Shown piece by piece: positions 16,161-22,173 of a DNA stretch of 22,173 bases; the first letter of the stretch is position 1, and every line of letters begins with the position of its first letter. The notes under the pieces are model-generated. The model did no database searches. It worked only from the letters and a program-made list of their open reading frames with translations, and was not told where the DNA came from. The position numbers and the translations under genes were made by a program. Source of the DNA: an archaeon (GTDB lineage Archaea; Asgardarchaeota; Thorarchaeia; Thorarchaeales; Thorarchaeaceae); NCBI GenBank assembly GCA_024276825.1, contig JAJRWI010000005.1:1-22173 (forward strand). The letters run 5' to 3'.

Positions 16161-17780
16161 ATGGATGATTACCAGTCTAGGCATCATGTCGTCACCTTCG
16201 ACCCCCATGGAACGAGAATCGCTGCAACAGAAAGGATGACAATACTTGATGCTGCAAGACAAGCGGGCCTGCACATTTCATCAGACTGCGGGGGAAATGG
16301 CACTTGTGGTCATTGTGTGGTTCAAATCACTCCGGTTGTAAAGGCAACTTCAGTAGATAGAAAGCATATTGATTCACAAAGGCTAATGGCTGGATTCAGG
16401 CTGGCTTGCATTCATCGAGTCATTCAAGACATGCATGTTCGAATTTCAGGATATGGTCGCTCTACTGCAATTCTTGAAGAATCACTGATGAATACAAGAT
16501 TTCCCGAGCCGGATGATGGACTTGAAGGGCAATTTGGCATTGCAATTGATATTGGAACCACCACTATCGTCTGCTATCTTATAGATTTGGGCAGGTGTCT
16601 TCAACTTGGCGTGGCCTCCGCTCTTAATCCTCAGGCATCATTTGGAGAAGACTTGATGTCTAGGCTGACCTTTGCATGCAGGAATGATGAAGGGGTAGAG
16701 ATTCTAAGGTCCAAGGTATTGTCAGCTATCAATTCGCTCATTCATAAAGTCCGCAAGAATTTTAGAATTAGCACCAATGAAATCACAAGAGTTTCTGTTG
16801 TAGGAAATACAGCAATGCACCATTTTTTTCTAGGGCTAGATGTAGACACACTAGCAATATCGCCATTCGTGCCAATAATGGTCAATAGCTATGAGGGTCA
16901 GGCAATAGAAATTGGTCTCCATAGCACTCCAAGCGCAAGCGTGTATTGTGCGCCCAACGTTGCAGGATTTGTGGGGGGAGACGCTGTGTCCTTTGCACTA
17001 GCACTGGGCTTAGATTCGAACGCGAAGACTATTCTTGGTATTGATCTAGGAACGAATAGTGAAGTTATTCTATCGCATCGTGGAAGAATATATTGCTGTT
17101 CAACCGCTGCAGGTCCTGCCTTTGAAGGGGCGACATTGGTACATGGCAGCAGAGCAGTAGGCGGTGCAATTGAACATGTTTCATTTGAGAGTGTTAGTTC
17201 ACCTCCGATGATAGCAACAATTGGAGGCGGGCCTTCTTCAAGTCTATGTGGGTCTGCTGTGGTTGATATTCTACAGGAACTCCTTAGAATGAAGGTTTTG
17301 GACTCCAGCGGAAGACTTCTACTTTCGCCAAGAACTATAAGAGACCCCACTTACGGGCTAGCCTTTGAAGTGGTGAGGACCAATGAGCATGATGTAGTAC
17401 GGACCATATTGTTAACACAACAAGATATCAGGAAGATACAGCTTGCAAAGAGTGCAATAAGAACAGGCATTGAAGTTCTTATGGAACATGCAAATATTAA
17501 ACAACATCAGCTTGAAACAATATATCTTGCAGGAGCATTTGGCACATTTCTGCAACCCCAGAACGCAATGGGCATAGGTTTGCTACCCCAGATTCCCATT
17601 GAGAAGGTGATTCCTGTCGGTAATGCTGCTGGTGAAGGAGCAAAGAGGATTCTGGTTTCGACTTTCGAGAGACGCAGAATAGAGCGAATTGCCAGAGAAA
17701 TGGTCCATGTGAATCTCGCACAAGTTGAAGACATAAATGATCGGCTTGTTGAAAACCTCAAGTTCCCGAAGCCATCGTAG
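16161..17780 (+). CDS. ATP-dependent reductive activator of corrinoid proteins (RACo/ASKHA type) with N-terminal [2Fe-2S] domain
   Basis: CGGNGTCGHC...RLAC ferredoxin motif, IAIDIGTTT, GNTAMHH, AGFVGGD, IDLGTNSE, STAAGPAFEG, LCGS, IQLAKSAI, YLAGAFG, VGNAAGEG. Start ATG 16161 or 16143. Confidence 0.92.
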   Translation: MDDYQSRHHVVTFDPHGTRIAATERMTILDAARQAGLHISSDCGGNGTCGHCVVQITPVVKATSVDRKHIDSQRLMAGFRLACIHRVIQDMHVRISGYGRSTAILEESLMNTRFPEPDDGLEGQFGIAIDIGTTTIVCYLIDLGRCLQLGVASALNPQASFGEDLMSRLTFACRNDEGVEILRSKVLSAINSLIHKVRKNFRISTNEITRVSVVGNTAMHHFFLGLDVDTLAISPFVPIMVNSYEGQAIEIGLHSTPSASVYCAPNVAGFVGGDAVSFALALGLDSNAKTILGIDLGTNSEVILSHRGRIYCCSTAAGPAFEGATLVHGSRAVGGAIEHVSFESVSSPPMIATIGGGPSSSLCGSAVVDILQELLRMKVLDSSGRLLLSPRTIRDPTYGLAFEVVRTNEHDVVRTILLTQQDIRKIQLAKSAIRTGIEVLMEHANIKQHQLETIYLAGAFGTFLQPQNAMGIGLLPQIPIEKVIPVGNAAGEGAKRILVSTFERRRIERIAREMVHVNLAQVEDINDRLVENLKFPKPS

Positions 17781-17781
17781 T

Positions 17782-18921
17782 CTAATCTATGGAAATTGGA
17801 TAGACGCCCTTTTTCAAGGCATGGTCATAGAGTGCTAGTATCTGCTCAGGTGTAGAATCAGGTTGAATATTATGAGCAGGAGAAAGAATGTATCCGCCGC
17901 CAGGTGCAAAGGCACGAAGTCTTGTTTCCACCTCATGTTTAACAGATTCGACATCGCCCATTTCAGACATGGCCTGTTGCAGATCAATACCGCCATGGAA
18001 GGTCAGTTTATCGCCATACTTTCTCTTCAATTCAGAGGAGTCCATTCCCTTTGCAATTGGTTGCACGGGATTTAGAATATCGACCCCAATATCAATCAAG
18101 TCCCCTATCAAGGGTTCTATTGCCCCGCATGAATGATATAGAAGTTTGATATGTGATGTACGCTTCTTAATATCAGTGTAAATCTTCCTTAGACGTGGCT
18201 TGACCATACTTCTGAACATTCGAGGACTCATAATTAGTCCATTCTGATGACCAAGATCATCACCCACCTGAACAATGTCAAGATAATCAGCGACCTCATC
18301 AAGGAAAACCCTATTCATCTCAATGGCAAGATTGAGAGACTTGTCCATCATGGCTTCTGCCAATTTTGGATTCTCAACCATATCGATAAGAAAGGCTTCA
18401 AACCCTCGCATGTAATGTGCGCATATCTCGAAGACACCCCAAGGTCCACCAACCATTCCCACTACTGCTTTGTCAGTTTCTTCATGAAGATGTCTGGCCC
18501 ACTTTGCCACACCCTCCATTCTTGAGGGATCATAGGGGTCAGGCCACGCGTATTCCAGAACTTCAGTGACCTCAGTAAATTCGGCCCATGGATGATATGT
18601 TATCTCCCAATATGGTCCATACCACTTGCCACGAAATCCAAATTCAGTATCGACTGAACCATCGGGATAAGTCTTAGGAATGAAGGATGATGACGGGTTC
18701 ATATACACACGTCGGAAGTCTATATGCAGTCGTTCCAGAAACTGCTCCGAAACTTTCAATGGAGCCATTATTCCCCACTCATGAGTTTCAGGAGCCATAA
18801 TTCCTAGATGGTCCCGTACCTTTTCATAAGCCGCCGGTGTGATCCATACATCTAGGGGAACCCTGTCTGGTTCTTCGTGTTCGACTGCTCTATGAAACCT
18901 CTCCCGTGATTTTAAGGTCAT
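17782..18921 (-). CDS. UroD/methyltransferase-superfamily protein associated with corrinoid methyl transfer
   Basis: REx...EPDRVPLD N-terminus, MRGFE, GDDLGHQ, YHSCG, LNPVQP, FHGGID, GGYILSPAHNIQ. Confidence 0.87.
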   Translation of the reverse strand: MTLKSRERFHRAVEHEEPDRVPLDVWITPAAYEKVRDHLGIMAPETHEWGIMAPLKVSEQFLERLHIDFRRVYMNPSSSFIPKTYPDGSVDTEFGFRGKWYGPYWEITYHPWAEFTEVTEVLEYAWPDPYDPSRMEGVAKWARHLHEETDKAVVGMVGGPWGVFEICAHYMRGFEAFLIDMVENPKLAEAMMDKSLNLAIEMNRVFLDEVADYLDIVQVGDDLGHQNGLIMSPRMFRSMVKPRLRKIYTDIKKRTSHIKLLYHSCGAIEPLIGDLIDIGVDILNPVQPIAKGMDSSELKRKYGDKLTFHGGIDLQQAMSEMGDVESVKHEVETRLRAFAPGGGYILSPAHNIQPDSTPEQILALYDHALKKGVYPISID

Positions 18922-19139
18922 TCTACATCACTTAATAATGTTTAATATCTAGCATCGTTGTAAACGACTTCTTAAATACTATGTATAACATCGTTTTCTA
19001 AATTTTTGCCAAAAGACAGATGTAGTATTTAACACAATGATTAACTGTAGGCAATAGTTTTTGTAAGACAAGTGCTTTAGCTGTATAGTGCGAGAATCAA
19101 ATTGCTATCAATGCAGGATTAAGCATCTGAGGGATTTCA

Positions 19140-19619
19140 ATGGAGAAAGCGGTTAGTGAGTCAAGGACTGTTATGACGCAGGTAGTTTTTCCAAATGATG
19201 TTAATAATAATGGGACACTTTATGGTGGACGCCTTCTTGATTGGATTGATACAATTGCAGGAATCGTCGCAAAACGACATTGTAGGTCAATTGTGGTCAC
19301 TGCTTCCATTGACTCGTTGAATTTCTTGAGCCCAATATATCAGAGAGACATAGTGGCTCTTGAAGCGTGGATAAATTATGTTGGTCATACATCTATGGAG
19401 ATTGAGGTCAGGGTGACTTCAGAAGATCCTTTTACTGGAGAGGTCAGAAAAACATGCAGGGCATTTCTCACCTATGTCGCAGTTGATAAAAATAATAGAC
19501 CTGTCGAAGTGCCTAGACTTAAGCTTGAGTCAGACGAAGAACGAAATAGGTATGAAATGGCCAAGGAAAGGCGCTCAGAAAGGCTTAGGTACTTAGAATT
19601 AGAGCCAACTGAATGGTAG
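19140..19619 (+). CDS. Acyl-CoA thioesterase (hotdog fold, YciA-like)
   Basis: VFPNDVNNNGTLYGGRLLDWID, VVTASID, VGHTSMEIEVRV, TYVAVD..RPVEVP. Confidence 0.92.
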   Translation: MEKAVSESRTVMTQVVFPNDVNNNGTLYGGRLLDWIDTIAGIVAKRHCRSIVVTASIDSLNFLSPIYQRDIVALEAWINYVGHTSMEIEVRVTSEDPFTGEVRKTCRAFLTYVAVDKNNRPVEVPRLKLESDEERNRYEMAKERRSERLRYLELEPTEW

Positions 19620-19794
19620 AATTCTGCGTTTAGCAACCTGAGATTATCCAAGCCGCTCCTTGAATGAATATCCAAATGGATAATGTTTTAGCAAACCCCG
19701 GATGACATTTCTTGATTACCATAGAATAGTCTTGCGAATTTGTAAAGAACCAAGATAAAAGACAAGCCAATTTATTCATAGGTGATATCCCTTA

Positions 19795-21048
19795 ATGAAT
19801 GAAGTGATAGAGAGCAGCAGTGAAGAATTTGACAATGCTGATCAGAAAATAAGAACAAGGTTAGGACTCACACCGATATTATGGAGATTGGCAATAGTCA
19901 TTGGAATTGCTCAATTCTCATGGAGTATTTGGGGTTGGCAATTTGGCATATTTCTTGAAACGATAGTGAATCAACAACAGATGGGTCTAACATTTTCTGC
20001 AGGCACATTCTCATCGTTATTGGGATTTCCTCTCTCGGGCATAATTGCAGATCGGATTGGAAGAAAGAAGACAATGGTTGTTTCATTCATCCCAATGTCT
20101 TTGGGTCTCATTCTTCTTGCTGTTTTTCCATTATGGCCATTTGTCCCCCTTTTCTATGGACTTGCAACATTCGGCTGGAGCTTTGTGATAATCATTGCAA
20201 GATCAGTCCCTGCGGATCAAATCGCCCTGCTAGATGGAAGAGATCCTGCACGTCAATTCACTATGGTCCTATTGCCAGCATTTCTGGTAGATGGAATCTC
20301 ACCCATTATTGCTTCTATTCTACTCTTGCAAGGTCTTCAAGAACGGTATTTAGTACTGCTTGGAGCATTTGGCGCATTGTTTGCTGCAGGAGCAACGTGC
20401 AAGTTCGTTCAAGAAACTCTCAGTTCAACCGCTCAGAAGAAAGCAAAAGAAGGACCAATAATCCCAATCAGAGCACTTGGAAAGAACTATTGGGCGTTCA
20501 CAATCTCAATGATGTGTTTCTATTTTGCATCCGGTCTTGCCATGCCATATTATGGAAACCTCATTACTCTTGAGTGGAACATATCTACAGTTATCTACGG
20601 GTTCACATGGAGTGCATTCTCACTCACCACAGTCTTACTAATGTATACTTTAAGTGGTGTCGCAGACAGAAACATCAAGCTCGGTCTTGTCGCCGGGCTT
20701 GTTCTGCATGTTGTACTTCTTGGAATAAGCAGTATTGGCAATGGTGTTGAGCTATTGATTATTCTCAACATTATCTGGGCATTCCCACTGGTATTCTGGT
20801 TAGGATGCGAGCGAGCATTGACGGTACTTGATGTTAAGGAGGAAATTAAGGGAAGGGCAATGGGATTCTTCTCTGTGCTTATGAGTTCTACTGGTATTCT
20901 TGCAGCTCCCTTGGGCTCATATATATGGTATTCGTCAGGCAGTCTTAGACATCTTTTTGGATTCACTTTCATTTTTGCTTTGATGATGACGATCCCGGTT
21001 GGCTTTAATCTAATGTTGACTGATGTTCCAAAGAATGATGATGGTTGA
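19795..21048 (+). CDS. Major facilitator superfamily transporter
   Basis: About 12 hydrophobic segments, motif A SGIIADRIGRKK, C-terminal EEIKGRAMG. GGTGAT RBS upstream. Confidence 0.88.
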   Translation: MNEVIESSSEEFDNADQKIRTRLGLTPILWRLAIVIGIAQFSWSIWGWQFGIFLETIVNQQQMGLTFSAGTFSSLLGFPLSGIIADRIGRKKTMVVSFIPMSLGLILLAVFPLWPFVPLFYGLATFGWSFVIIIARSVPADQIALLDGRDPARQFTMVLLPAFLVDGISPIIASILLLQGLQERYLVLLGAFGALFAAGATCKFVQETLSSTAQKKAKEGPIIPIRALGKNYWAFTISMMCFYFASGLAMPYYGNLITLEWNISTVIYGFTWSAFSLTTVLLMYTLSGVADRNIKLGLVAGLVLHVVLLGISSIGNGVELLIILNIIWAFPLVFWLGCERALTVLDVKEEIKGRAMGFFSVLMSSTGILAAPLGSYIWYSSGSLRHLFGFTFIFALMMTIPVGFNLMLTDVPKNDDG

Positions 21049-21241
21049 TTGTATTCATTTATTTCTATTTTTCTATTATTAGATAATTCGATGCGTTTTC
21101 AACTATATGCTCATATTAACCTTCAAGCTGATGCTGATTAGTAGATAGTCAATACGCCAGAATCACTCGATAGTTCCGAGGAATGAGCTTAACTATTTAT
21201 ATGCATAATAGAAAGCATTCATCAATGACAGGTGATTGGTA

Positions 21242-22173
21242 TTGGATGATGAGGGCTCTATCATAAGTAGACGTTTCAAGAAGACTGGGAACATTCTCAT
21301 CAGCGGAGCCAGTAAACAAATCATGGACTATAAGACTAAATTTCATAATATCACTGACATCTACAATAACTTTCTTAATAGACTGATTGTGGGCTACTCA
21401 CCAAAAACTCTAGATTTGAAGTTTGTTGAGAATTTCTTTGGAAAGAGAAAGCTCAAGTTTGCAGGCATTGATGGTACAGTCTACAAAAAGGATGTCTTTG
21501 ATCTTGTGATATTCTTTGCAGGAGCTTACTCTGCGCAGGGGGAGATTGAGATTGAGAAACCTGACAAGATAACAATCGAGTTTGAAGAGCCCTATCTGGA
21601 ACGTGGAATTGGAATATCAAGCGTGTTACCGCTTTATATTAATGAGGTGGTGGATGTCGATCAGACCATTCTGCAGCTAGACGAATTTGGTAAGGAGGAT
21701 GCATCCGCAAGTTACAATGACAACTGGGTGATTGATAACTCGTCCATTGCAGATTATTTAATGGGACTATCCGAGTTCTATCTCGCGTTCAAGCTGTTGT
21801 CTAATGAAAAGCCAGTCGATATACTGTTTTTGGATAGAATTTGCTCCTCAGAGATACCATCGTTTTATGCTGAAACATCGCCTTTCCGGGTTGATCTCGA
21901 CAGGCAGTCGGGGCTTATTGGCTACAAGATCGACAATGTGCCATTCAAAAAGTCCGAATGGATACTAATAAGAAGACTAATAGGAAACAGATTGCTTGGC
22001 ACACCGCCGCCACGTGGTGAATATTTCCTCCCTGCCATCGTTGCACTTCTAATGAGTCTTAAGGGTGGAGGTTTGACTCGAGAAGAGCTTGAGGAGAAGT
22101 TAAACATCAATAATGAAGCACGAAGAAAGGCATTCGAAAATGAACTCGCCAAGGGGATTAAGAAATCTGCTGA
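21242..22173 (+). CDS. NurA-like nuclease (RNase H fold), 3'-partial; absent from the ORF track
   Basis: TTG start after an AGGTGAT RBS. Frame is open to the window end: MDDEGSIISRRF...KLKFAGIDGTVYKKDVFDLVIFFAGAY...DYLMGLSEFYLAFK...VDILFLDRI... AGIDGT, M..sE..LA and ILFLD match the NurA acidic catalytic motifs. Confidence 0.7.
   Translation, partial: MDDEGSIISRRFKKTGNILISGASKQIMDYKTKFHNITDIYNNFLNRLIVGYSPKTLDLKFVENFFGKRKLKFAGIDGTVYKKDVFDLVIFFAGAYSAQGEIEIEKPDKITIEFEEPYLERGIGISSVLPLYINEVVDVDQTILQLDEFGKEDASASYNDNWVIDNSSIADYLMGLSEFYLAFKLLSNEKPVDILFLDRICSSEIPSFYAETSPFRVDLDRQSGLIGYKIDNVPFKKSEWILIRRLIGNRLLGTPPPRGEYFLPAIVALLMSLKGGGLTREELEEKLNINNEARRKAFENELAKGIKKSA

Noticed and set aside
14386-18921. 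Pyrrolysine-containing methylamine methyltransferase
   Set aside because: No MttB/MtbB/MtmB-like frame or internal TAG read-through candidate is visible.
18922-19139. Possible cobalamin riboswitch or ncRNA near the corrinoid cluster
   Set aside because: AT-rich with no B12-box-like sequence; only a short TCGTT-GTA-AACGA palindrome.
210-22152. Numerous short antisense or overlapping ORFs in the track (e.g. 546..926, 2944..3144, 2950..3150, 16898..17350, 20133..20573, 21922..22152)
   Set aside because: They overlap well-supported genes and show no motifs, so they are treated as shadow ORFs.

Overview
Archaeal genomic window, probably Asgard/Thorarchaeota-like. That assignment is an inference from GGTGA/GGAG ribosome-binding sites, frequent TTG starts, TATA-like promoters, T-tract terminators and the gene set. 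It contains, in order: the 3' part of a membrane-anchored SF2 helicase; a small basic/acidic hypothetical protein; an orphan CRISPR-like repeat-spacer-degenerate repeat unit (37/40/37 nt, first repeat ending in ATTGAAAG) with no cas genes in the window; a 100-aa possibly gelsolin-fold protein; a type III Mod-like DNA methyltransferase with no adjacent Res; a C4HC3 (RINGv/PHD-like) plus zinc-ribbon protein; a histidine-phosphatase-fold protein lacking its catalytic RHG motif; a ~1,175-aa S-layer-like glycoprotein; a glycogen-debranching-enzyme homolog with substituted catalytic residues; MscS; a four-gene corrinoid methyltransfer module (corrinoid protein, MtaA-like MT2, RACo-type activator, second UroD-family protein); an acyl-CoA thioesterase; an MFS transporter; and the 5' part of a NurA-like nuclease missing from the supplied ORF track. 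All calls come from manual motif reading; no database searches were run.
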